Part shown: one piece after another, positions 45,674-53,530 of the stretch
Layout: every line of letters begins with the position of its first letter
Position numbering within the stretch: position 1 is the stretch's first letter
Assembly: GCA_023898465.1 (NCBI GenBank)
Contig: CP060223.1
Span: 928,001 to 992,000, forward strand
DNA from: Candidatus Nomurabacteria bacterium
GTDB lineage: Bacteria > Patescibacteriota > Patescibacteriia > HK-STAS-PATE-3
Reading direction: 5' to 3'
DNA length: 64,000 nt
The notes under the pieces: model-generated
Database searches by the model: none
What the model was told of the DNA's origin: nothing
The model's input: the letters and a program-made list of their open reading frames with translations, nothing else
Position numbers and translations under genes: made by a program

Positions 45674-46723
45674 TTAGGTTGTTTTTGATAGACTCCAGTT
45701 TGGGTCAGCCTTGAGTAACTTCCAATCTGTATATTTTTTTTGCTTCGCCTGGAAATACCCCGCTGCGGCAATCATTGCTGCGTTATCAGTGCAGTAAGGG
45801 AGATTAGGTTTCAAAAAAGTGACGGCTGGAAATCGACGCGCGACAGCCGCGCTAAGTTCAGCGCGGAGCCGCCCATTGGCGGCCACGCCGCCGGCCAGCA
45901 GCAAAGTGTTGACCTTATGTTCTTGCAGGGCCCGCAGCGTTTTTCCAATCAACACATCAACTACCGCCTGTTCAAAAGAGGCGGCAATATCAGGCAAGTC
46001 TTTTTTCTTTGGATGATGCTTTTCTAAATGATAGCGCACGGCAGTTTTTAATCCAGCAAAAGAGAATTCAAGGTTAGCGCTTTTCAGCATTGGTCGCGGC
46101 CAGCTGTAGGCTTTTGGATTCCCTGTGCTAGCCAGCGTACTTAAGACTGGTCCACCCGGATAACCTAAACCCATTAACTTGGCCACTTTATCAAAGGCTT
46201 CGCCGGCGGCGTCGTCGCGCGTCTCACCAAGCAGTTGGAATTTCCCATAACCACGCATGAGTACAAGTTCAGTGTGACCTCCTGACACGAGTAGTCCCAA
46301 GGCTGGGAAAGGTGCCTTAAGTATACTTGGCGTATTTCCCTCCGCATCTGGTAACCAATTTGCATAGAGGTGGCCGGCCAGATGGTTCACTCCTACTAAA
46401 GGTTTTTTTAAAGTCCAAGCCAACGTCCGCCCTACTTCAACTCCAACCATTAGGGCTGACATGAGTCCTGGGCCGGCTGTCACTGCAATGACATCAATAT
46501 CTTCAAGTGTTATTTTAGCCTCATGCAGGGCAGCATCAAGGCCGGGAATAATAACTTCAAGGTGCATGCGCGCAGCTACTTCAGGCACTACGCCACCAAA
46601 TTTTGCATGAGTCTTTACCTGTGAGGCAACAAAGTGACTACGGACAAGAAAATGATCAGCCTTTCTCTCGAGAATGGCGATTGAGGTTTCGTCACAAGAT
46701 GATTCAATGCCGAGGATGATCAT
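45674..46723 (-). CDS. tsaD: tRNA N6-adenosine threonylcarbamoyltransferase TsaD
   Basis: MIILGIESSCDETSIAIL…, the Kae1/TsaD metal-binding HxxH region and 349 aa. Confidence 0.9.
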   Translation of the reverse strand: MIILGIESSCDETSIAILERKADHFLVRSHFVASQVKTHAKFGGVVPEVAARMHLEVIIPGLDAALHEAKITLEDIDVIAVTAGPGLMSALMVGVEVGRTLAWTLKKPLVGVNHLAGHLYANWLPDAEGNTPSILKAPFPALGLLVSGGHTELVLMRGYGKFQLLGETRDDAAGEAFDKVAKLMGLGYPGGPVLSTLASTGNPKAYSWPRPMLKSANLEFSFAGLKTAVRYHLEKHHPKKKDLPDIAASFEQAVVDVLIGKTLRALQEHKVNTLLLAGGVAANGRLRAELSAAVARRFPAVTFLKPNLPYCTDNAAMIAAAGYFQAKQKKYTDWKLLKADPNWSLSKTT

Positions 46724-47298
46724 GTGAGTTGTTTCCGTCGAATGAGGAGTAAGACGCTGAGTGAACCATCAAGCAAGACAATTGCAGCCGGGTAGAGCCA
46801 GGTACTTGGTACTATAGTGTCCAGAGCCAGAAGTGCAAAGACGTGGGCAATTGCGGCAAAAGCGTAGGATAGCACCTTTTCCTCATGCGGATAATGGTAA
46901 CCTTTTCGAAAAGTAGGAAGTGAGCCAAAAAAATCAACCAAGACAATAAGTACGATGGATGCTAGAGGCTCTTTTGTGAGTATCCAAAGGAGTAAAGAAA
47001 AAGCTGCGGCACTCAAGGCAATCCAATCAAAGCGTAAGAAGCGGCGATCTCCCCATTTCAGCGCGCCAATAAATATAAGCAGGCAAGATATGGAGTTAAT
47101 CCCAGTGACCCAGGCGCCTGGCCCGGCATCTTTCGCAATCTGAGCAGCAAAGGCGATAATGTTGAGCGTACCCCAGACTAACCAGGAAAAGGCATGTGGT
47201 TTGAGCTCTTTGCGTAGAACGCCGCGGACATATAAAAGGTCTCCAGATATGAGCAGTAGCGAGCCGATAATGCCAAAAAGTGTGGTCATACTTTGCAT
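46720..47298 (-). CDS. hypothetical integral membrane protein (~6 TM), co-transcribed upstream of tsaD
   Basis: Its stop overlaps the tsaD start by 4 nt and the whole protein is hydrophobic. Confidence 0.5.
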   Translation of the reverse strand: MQSMTTLFGIIGSLLLISGDLLYVRGVLRKELKPHAFSWLVWGTLNIIAFAAQIAKDAGPGAWVTGINSISCLLIFIGALKWGDRRFLRFDWIALSAAAFSLLLWILTKEPLASIVLIVLVDFFGSLPTFRKGYHYPHEEKVLSYAFAAIAHVFALLALDTIVPSTWLYPAAIVLLDGSLSVLLLIRRKQLT

Positions 47299-47396
47299 GC
47301 TGATATTGTAGCACGCGCATTGACATTTTCATGTTTTTTGCTACAGTAGCCTGTCGTTCATTACACTTGAATAGTCAGGAAAGGGAGGGCTATCAC

Positions 47397-47726
47397 ATGT
47401 TTTCGGTCTGGAATCTCGTCTGGGTGATACTCCTTGGATGCGTCTTTCTCTACTTCGGTCCTGTGCGGTTGCGGCGGCGTCGCAATAAGGTACGGCGAGA
47501 CGTGCTTGGGATGTTGTCGAAAAGGACCGTGCGAACGACAAGGCCTGAGCTGGTGTCGATGGTACGAGAAAGGCACAAGCATCCAACAGCTTTGATCGAA
47601 GAAGCGATTCGGGATCTCGTTAATCAGGGCAAGATTCTCAAACTCTCCTTCTCTGAGGGTTCGCGCAGCTACACGAACTACGTGATAGCTCAGCGAGACA
47701 GCTCGGAAGAAGGTCGTTCCCCTTAG
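47397..47726 (+). CDS. hypothetical N-terminally anchored small protein (GC-rich island 4)
   Basis: TM helix VWNLVWVILLGCVFLYF followed by an Arg-rich soluble part. Confidence 0.35.
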   Translation: MFSVWNLVWVILLGCVFLYFGPVRLRRRRNKVRRDVLGMLSKRTVRTTRPELVSMVRERHKHPTALIEEAIRDLVNQGKILKLSFSEGSRSYTNYVIAQRDSSEEGRSP

Positions 47727-47734
47727 GTTTCGAC

Positions 47735-48034
47735 GTGAGAGGAGACGAAGTGCACGAGGCGCATATTCATGTGACTTGCTCCACAGATGAGCATGATCGC
47801 ACGAAGGACTTTTTTGAAGATCACATCGCTGATGTGGTCGATGGCTACCGAGGCGCGGGAGCAGATACCCAGATTGAAGCTGAAGGAATGATTCGGGTGA
47901 GTTTCAACTTTCCTTCAGTGGAGATGCGGGAACGTTTTTGTCGGATGGAACAACGAGCATTGAGCTTGATGCTTCGGCATGCAGGAATCAATGCGAGTTG
48001 CAGATTGTGTGCAGACGAATGCACGCAAGGATAG
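47735..48034 (+). CDS. hypothetical protein (GC-rich island 4); GTG start, alternatively GTG 47750
   Basis: The ORF has GAGAGGAG upstream of the second GTG. No family was recognised. Confidence 0.3.
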   Translation: MRGDEVHEAHIHVTCSTDEHDRTKDFFEDHIADVVDGYRGAGADTQIEAEGMIRVSFNFPSVEMRERFCRMEQRALSLMLRHAGINASCRLCADECTQG

Positions 48035-48046
48035 AGAGGGGGCACC

Positions 48047-48673
48047 GTGCGTTTCTGGACTCTGTTTTTGATCCTGTGTTGTCTCTGTGCAAATACCGCC
48101 TTTGCGCGTTCACTGACCTTCACGGCCGGTGAGACTGCGGTGGCCAAGGGTGGCGGCATCGAGTACGCACAGCGTTCTGGTCAGGTTGAGTGGGCAGCCT
48201 TTGCTTATCTCAACGGCAACGTCAACGAGGGCAAAGCGCTCTTGAGCGCTGACCCCACATCGTGGTGTCGGGTTATGGCTGGTCCGATTGTGGGCCTGCA
48301 ATACCAGGACACCCTGGGCGCGCGTCTCTATGGCGGGGCTGAAGCCAAGGTGTTACCGCACTTTGGTAAAGAGCACCTCACCATCAAGGCGGCAACTCGA
48401 CACCGAGGAAGCACACGCTTCCATCATCTGGTGGTAGTGAATTGGATGCATGACTGGTCGCCGAGTATTTCGGCTGGTCCGGTCTACCAACCAATTCTGC
48501 GATCTGATCATTCCCTACCCTGGGATCACCGATTTGGCGTGCAAGTGAACTATAGTCAGAATAGTCACTTCACGTTGATGAGCGAGGTGCGAATGTCGAC
48601 CGGGTCGGCTGACGCGTCCTATGGTGTGTACCATCGGGTGAGTGGCCACATCGAACTGGCCTTCAAGTTCTGA
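48047..48673 (+). CDS. secreted hypothetical protein with signal peptide and C-terminal aromatic residue (beta-barrel-like)
   Basis: SD GAGGGGG, then 4 nt, then GTG. Signal peptide MRFWTLFLILCCLCANTAFA. It has alternating hydrophobic patterns and ends …HIELAFKF. Confidence 0.4.
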   Translation: MRFWTLFLILCCLCANTAFARSLTFTAGETAVAKGGGIEYAQRSGQVEWAAFAYLNGNVNEGKALLSADPTSWCRVMAGPIVGLQYQDTLGARLYGGAEAKVLPHFGKEHLTIKAATRHRGSTRFHHLVVVNWMHDWSPSISAGPVYQPILRSDHSLPWDHRFGVQVNYSQNSHFTLMSEVRMSTGSADASYGVYHRVSGHIELAFKF

Positions 48674-48679
48674 CTCCGA

Positions 48680-48737
48680 CCCCGTCTCTCGTAATCCGAT
48701 ACTGTCGGAGAAACGAGAGGCGGGGTTTTCTTTTATC
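48680..48737 (+). terminator. rho-independent terminator (CCCCGTCTCTCG/CGAGAGGCGGGG then UUUUCUUUUAUC); tail identical to cassette A1
   Basis: CGGGGTTTTCTTTTATCAA is shared with the 23186-23262 element. Confidence 0.6.
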
Positions 48738-48745
48738 AAAAGGAA

Positions 48746-48774
48746 AAAGCGCTGATGCAATGCACCAGCGCTTT
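48746..48774 (-). terminator. terminator hairpin for convergent DUF218 gene (AAAGCGCTG/CAGCGCTTT then U-tract on minus strand)
   Basis: 9-bp perfect stem. The minus-strand downstream sequence is TTTTTCCTTTTGAT. Confidence 0.5.
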
Positions 48775-48778
48775 GTAG

Positions 48779-49336
48779 CTAGCTAAATCGTCGAACCAAG
48801 AAGGCCGACCAACCAAGCAGATCCCACACTAGGAAGGAAAGGAAATGCCGGAAGCGTTTCTGGCAGTTACCTCCATAAGACGAGCGGGCCTTTATGACTA
48901 TGATCTCGATGCCGGAGCCATGCCACACATAGCGGAAAATCGCTCGAGCTCGCCGGGCGTGCCAAGGGTGAGTGACTAGCGCCACGCTACGCCATTCGGG
49001 GTGCTGACGCGTGATGCGCAGGACCTCGATCGCGTTATTGATAGTGCCGATTGAGCCGTTCTCCAGTATCATGTATACATTGCGTGCTCGCGCCTCGATC
49101 AAACGCTTCATCGCGATGGCTTCAGTCATGTGACCATCGTTGCCGTTGCCACCGCTCAGGACAATGCACCGAGCTAGTTCAGCTTGGTAGAGATTGAGAC
49201 CCTTGCGAGCGATTGATGCACTTTGGCGACTGGCTTGCGTGCCATCTGGCGAGAGGCCACAGCCGAGACAGATCACTGCATCGACGGGTTGTTCCGGGTT
49301 GATTCGTTCGTCTGGTATTTCCAGTCGGTGAACCAT
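48779..49336 (-). CDS. DUF218 (YdcF/SanA/ElyC-like) domain protein
   Basis: AVICLGCGLS… and …VLSGGNGNDGHMTEAIAMKRLI… match the DUF218 signature (vLGgg…G.tEA). Confidence 0.55.
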   Translation of the reverse strand: MVHRLEIPDERINPEQPVDAVICLGCGLSPDGTQASRQSASIARKGLNLYQAELARCIVLSGGNGNDGHMTEAIAMKRLIEARARNVYMILENGSIGTINNAIEVLRITRQHPEWRSVALVTHPWHARRARAIFRYVWHGSGIEIIVIKARSSYGGNCQKRFRHFLSFLVWDLLGWSAFLVRRFS

Positions 49337-49528
49337 CCGCCGGATCCGTTTTTTAAGCCTGTTCGTATATCACCCCCATGGTTGCGATCTGTGAAAGAAC
49401 GTCCTGTTTGGTCGATAAAGTAGCACAGCGCCAGCTAGAGTCAAGTTGTCCTTCACTTGACGGAGAAAGACGTTTTTAGATATAGTGCACGTAGACAGAT
49501 TTTGGTGGCTCTCAAACGGGAGTCACCT

Positions 49529-51655
49529 ATGTTTTTACGCGCATGTATAGTATTGCTCTTTGTCTTTACGCAAAGCGTTCCCTTCTTTCCTGTGACACAG
49601 GCAATTGAAATCCCAACTGTTGTGATAAATGAGCTTATGTGGATGGGTTCATCCGCTTCCTCGGCTGACGAATGGATAGAGCTGCGTAATACTAGCGATC
49701 AACAGATAGATATTTCTGGATGGAAAATGACCAAGAAGAGCGGTGAAGACAACGCGCTCATGTTAACTATTCCAGAAAATCAATTCATTGCCCCACGGGC
49801 ATATTACCTCATTGCGAACTATGCTGATGATGCGACAAATTCACATTTAGCCATAGCACCTGATTTGGTTGAGACCGACGTCGCATTAGTAAACTCGGCC
49901 TTGCAGATTGGGCTTTATACTTCCCAAGATGAACTTATTGACAGTGCGGATGACGGAGTGGGCAAGCCCTTGGCAGGTGAGTACACATCAGGTGAAATAT
50001 GGAAATCAATGGAGCGAGTACGTGAGCCAAGTGATGGAACTAGGCCGGAGGATTGGAAGACCTCAAGCGCTCAAGTGAATTTTGATGCCGCTTCCCCAGA
50101 GTATGGTACGCCAGGGGCAGAGAATAGTAATACTGCGCCAGCGGCAAATGCTGGAGAAGATTTCTCTATCCAGGTCGGTGAAACAGCGACATTTGACGCT
50201 TCACTTTCTGAAGATGCTGACCATGACACACTTAGTTACTCATGGGATTTTGACGACGGCGGAGTTGCGAGTGGGATAACTCCTACGCACGTGTATCAAC
50301 ATGAAGGGGAATACCACGTAGTTCTGATTGTTTCCGATGGGATGCTTACATCGAGTGATGAGGTGCTGGTGAGTGTAAGCTTAGAATCAGTCTTACCAAC
50401 ACCAGAGACTCAAGAGGATAATCCAGGGGAAGAGGAGTCTAGCGATCCTGAATATATGCGGGGTAATGTGCTGCTCAATGAAGTCTTCCCTAATCCAAGT
50501 GGGCGAGATCAAGAAGCAGAGTTTATCGAGCTCTATAATGCGGATGACAAAGCGGTTTCGCTGAGCGGCTGGAAAGTAACCAATGATAAAAGCTCATATC
50601 ACTTTGATGATCAAGTAATTGCACCTGGAGCCTTTCTCTCCATATCATATTCGACGAGTAAAGTCTTGCTGCGCAATAGCGGCGGTGTAGTTCGACTAGT
50701 AAACCCCTTCAATGAAATAGTGAGCGGGTTAGAGTACGGCGTGGCCGAAGAAGCAATGAGCTTTGCTCGAGTGAATGATACGACACATTGGGAATGGACA
50801 AGCCTGCCCACCCCCGGGAGTGAAAATGAGATTGAGCAAGATATTTCTTCTTCAAACACGGAAGTAGAAGGAGATAGCAACGCAATAATTTTAGAAAAGA
50901 CAAACGAGACTAATACAAGCCTTCCAAAAAATATTAAGGTGGCTGAAATTGCCGGACTTGATCCAAAAACCCTTGTGCAAGTTGAAGGTGTGGTGACCGC
51001 CGCGCCAGGCATGTTCTCCGTTTCGTCATTTTGGCTGCAGGATGAGAGTGGGGCAGCCGAGGTTTCATCAACAAATAAACTATTCCCAGAGCTAGAGCTT
51101 GGCAATCTCGTGCGCGTGATTGGTACGGTGTCGAGTGCTGGAGAGGGCTTACGCATAAACCAGCGCAAAGATGAAATTGAAGTAATTGGTGTGAGCGTTG
51201 TAGCTCCTGAGGAATTGCAAAGCGATGATCTTAATGAGGCACTCATTGGTCATCTCGTGAGCGTCCAGGGACAGATAACAAAATCAGCCAAGACAAAACT
51301 CACCTTGCGTGATGAGCAGGGTGAATTGGCCGTCGTCGCCAAGAAAGGCACTGAGCTTGATCTCAGTAGTTTCAGCGTTGATGAGCCCGTGCAGATTCTC
51401 GGCATACTTGGATGGACAAGCGCTGGGCCACAAATTTGGCCAAGGACTATTGAAGATATTCAAATTGCCGGAGAGGTTTTAGGCGAAGCAACAAGCTTAG
51501 AAGCTCAAACTCCACTTACTGACTCGACAGCCATCGTGAATGATGATCGAAAAGTATTTCCCACCTGGTTAGTTATGGTAATCATCGGTGTCATGTTAAG
51601 TCTGGGAGCGTGGTGGTACTGGAAACATCGCGTCGATACCACTTCCCATGTCTAA
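49529..51655 (+). CDS. membrane-anchored surface protein: LTD - PKD - LTD - tandem OB-fold (ExeM/NucH-like DNA-binding) - C-terminal TM
   Basis: - LTD motifs: VVINELMWMGSS…DEWIELRNTSDQQIDISGWKM and VLLNEVFPNPSGRDQEAEFIELYNADDKAVSLSGWKV.
- PKD: YSWDFDDGG…THVYQHEGEYHVVLIVSDG.
- OB-like: VQVEGVVTAAPGMFSVSSFWLQDESG and GHLVSVQGQITKSAK…LRDEQGELAVV.
- C-terminal anchor: WLVMVIIGVMLSLGAWWYW.
- No nuclease (EEP) domain was recognised. Confidence 0.55.
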   Translation: MFLRACIVLLFVFTQSVPFFPVTQAIEIPTVVINELMWMGSSASSADEWIELRNTSDQQIDISGWKMTKKSGEDNALMLTIPENQFIAPRAYYLIANYADDATNSHLAIAPDLVETDVALVNSALQIGLYTSQDELIDSADDGVGKPLAGEYTSGEIWKSMERVREPSDGTRPEDWKTSSAQVNFDAASPEYGTPGAENSNTAPAANAGEDFSIQVGETATFDASLSEDADHDTLSYSWDFDDGGVASGITPTHVYQHEGEYHVVLIVSDGMLTSSDEVLVSVSLESVLPTPETQEDNPGEEESSDPEYMRGNVLLNEVFPNPSGRDQEAEFIELYNADDKAVSLSGWKVTNDKSSYHFDDQVIAPGAFLSISYSTSKVLLRNSGGVVRLVNPFNEIVSGLEYGVAEEAMSFARVNDTTHWEWTSLPTPGSENEIEQDISSSNTEVEGDSNAIILEKTNETNTSLPKNIKVAEIAGLDPKTLVQVEGVVTAAPGMFSVSSFWLQDESGAAEVSSTNKLFPELELGNLVRVIGTVSSAGEGLRINQRKDEIEVIGVSVVAPEELQSDDLNEALIGHLVSVQGQITKSAKTKLTLRDEQGELAVVAKKGTELDLSSFSVDEPVQILGILGWTSAGPQIWPRTIEDIQIAGEVLGEATSLEAQTPLTDSTAIVNDDRKVFPTWLVMVIIGVMLSLGAWWYWKHRVDTTSHV

Positions 51656-51661
51656 AAATAC

Positions 51662-51690
51662 TTGCCGTAAAGGAAAAAATATGCTATACT
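51662..51690 (+). promoter_or_regulatory. sigma70-type promoter TTGCCG-17-TATACT upstream of beta-helix protein gene
   Basis: cttgccgtaaaggaaaaaatatgctatact read directly. Confidence 0.45.
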
Positions 51691-51702
51691 TCCCTTACAA
51701 AA

Positions 51703-53529
51703 ATGCAAAAGAAAAAAATAGACAAGCGATCATTGTCATGGCAGCTTCTGACACTACTAGGCGTTTTTCTTTTTGTTGTTGTAGCGCAAAAGAGCTTAGC
51801 TGATACGGCGTACTATGTTGATCAAAACAATGTAAGTTGTTCAGATGCGGGACCTGGCTCACCTTCTGTTCCTTTCTGTAGTTTAGTGCCCACACAGGGA
51901 GTAGTGGCTCCAGGAGATACGGTATATATAGCTGACGGGCGCTATGGTGATCCCCTCAGCTTTACTGTTTCAGGGACTGAGGGTAATCCTATTCGCTACA
52001 TCGCTCAAGGCGAGAACGTTGTCCTTGGTGTTTTTGAAGACTTGGTAGATGAAAATTTTACCAAAACTCCCGGGTACACCAATGTGTATGAAATAGCTTT
52101 ACCCATAAGCGATCCTGACCATCGTTTGTTCCAAACCTATTTCCCCGACATCCTGGTAGACGATCCGGACAATGATTCATACTTTACCATGAAAGATGCG
52201 GATGGTCCTTTAGGACTCACTGAGACGGATGATTTGACCCTTGTCGATGAAAACGAGGGGTCCTGGATGATTAGTGGTGAGACTATTTATGCGCATGCTT
52301 ATGGCAGCCGTGTTCCAAGCACTGCATCAACAGATTTTGTGTATACCTACGATAAATGGCAATTAGGAATTGGGGCATCAATTTCCTATCTTGTGTTTGA
52401 CGGTTTCCAATTTCACTACAACGGAGAGTATAACTTTGTCGTAAACGGCACGCACAATACATTTTATAATATTAAAAAAACAAGTGGCTTTGAAATACGA
52501 GGAAGTGATAACTACGCTGAAGGGATAACCGCGAGCCACGAAATAACTCGGAATGCTCCTAGTGGGAGCTTTTACAGTGGCGCAAGTGGTTACGGTTTGT
52601 TTATCCGAGGTACAAATAACACCTTAAAAGATATTCACGTATTTCATAATTGGAATAATATTGGAGTGAATGGAAGCAACATCACTATTCAAAGCGGCGA
52701 GATTCATGGCTCACCAAATCATTGTTTTCAACCTCAACACAATGATGGATTGACCATACAAAATCTAAAATCTTGGAATTGCCAAGATGGCTATGGATAT
52801 ATCTCGGGTGATGTTACTAATGCAGTTTTTGAGAATGGGACCGTGCAGTCGAGTATTCTTTTTCAAGACCTAATTGTTGCTGCACATTATCCAAATAGCA
52901 ATCTTACTTTTCGGAATATGCTATTTAATGACTGTAAGATTATTACCGGAGGATATGGCGTTAACGAGTGTAGCTATGAAAGCACAGTCACAATAGAAAA
53001 CTCGATTTTTTTCTGTGATAATATTTCGAATTTTGAGATTCAGCATTGCGTTGCACCAGGAAATCTTGAGACCTATTCCTCGATCGCTGCATATCAGGCA
53101 AATTGTGGAGACAACTGTATGACCTTAAATAACGTTCAGTTGATCGATACAAACCATACTAACGTTATTCAGGGTGGTAAGTGGCCAGGTGAAACACCGC
53201 TCTGGGATATTCATATTCCAAATGAAAGTAGTGTAGCCTTTGATGCCGGATCTTCATTAGCTAGCTCAAGTATTGACTACGAAGGCGACACTCGACCACA
53301 AGGGCTTAGATACGACATTGGCGCTGACGAATTACCAGTTGTAGATTCAGGAGGAGAAGAATGTACACCTGATTGGCAATGTGACGCTTGGGCATCGTGC
53401 AGCAATGGCAATCAAACGCGAACTTGCCATGATAGTAATAGCTGTGGCACTGAGAGTGGACGACCGAGTCAGAGCAGATCCTGCGACTCCTATGTACCGG
53501 GCAGAATAACTAACTTACGCGTCGAGTAA
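51703..53529 (+). CDS. secreted right-handed parallel beta-helix (pectate-lyase-fold) protein with C-terminal Cys-rich module
   Basis: - Signal/TM: LLTLLGVFLFVVVA.
- VPFCSLVPTQGVVAPGDTVYIADGRYGD is a beta-helix N-terminal cap-like segment, followed by Asn/Gly-rich repeats.
- C-terminal module: CTPDWQCDAWASCSNGNQTRTCHDSNSCGTESGRPSQSRSCD. Confidence 0.5.
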   Translation: MQKKKIDKRSLSWQLLTLLGVFLFVVVAQKSLADTAYYVDQNNVSCSDAGPGSPSVPFCSLVPTQGVVAPGDTVYIADGRYGDPLSFTVSGTEGNPIRYIAQGENVVLGVFEDLVDENFTKTPGYTNVYEIALPISDPDHRLFQTYFPDILVDDPDNDSYFTMKDADGPLGLTETDDLTLVDENEGSWMISGETIYAHAYGSRVPSTASTDFVYTYDKWQLGIGASISYLVFDGFQFHYNGEYNFVVNGTHNTFYNIKKTSGFEIRGSDNYAEGITASHEITRNAPSGSFYSGASGYGLFIRGTNNTLKDIHVFHNWNNIGVNGSNITIQSGEIHGSPNHCFQPQHNDGLTIQNLKSWNCQDGYGYISGDVTNAVFENGTVQSSILFQDLIVAAHYPNSNLTFRNMLFNDCKIITGGYGVNECSYESTVTIENSIFFCDNISNFEIQHCVAPGNLETYSSIAAYQANCGDNCMTLNNVQLIDTNHTNVIQGGKWPGETPLWDIHIPNESSVAFDAGSSLASSSIDYEGDTRPQGLRYDIGADELPVVDSGGEECTPDWQCDAWASCSNGNQTRTCHDSNSCGTESGRPSQSRSCDSYVPGRITNLRVE

Positions 53530-53530
53530 T

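Noticed and set aside
50611-51246. 211-aa antisense ORF inside the LTD/PKD surface-protein gene
   Set aside because: It is low-complexity and Ser/Thr/Pro-rich, and lies wholly antisense to a confidently called multi-domain gene.
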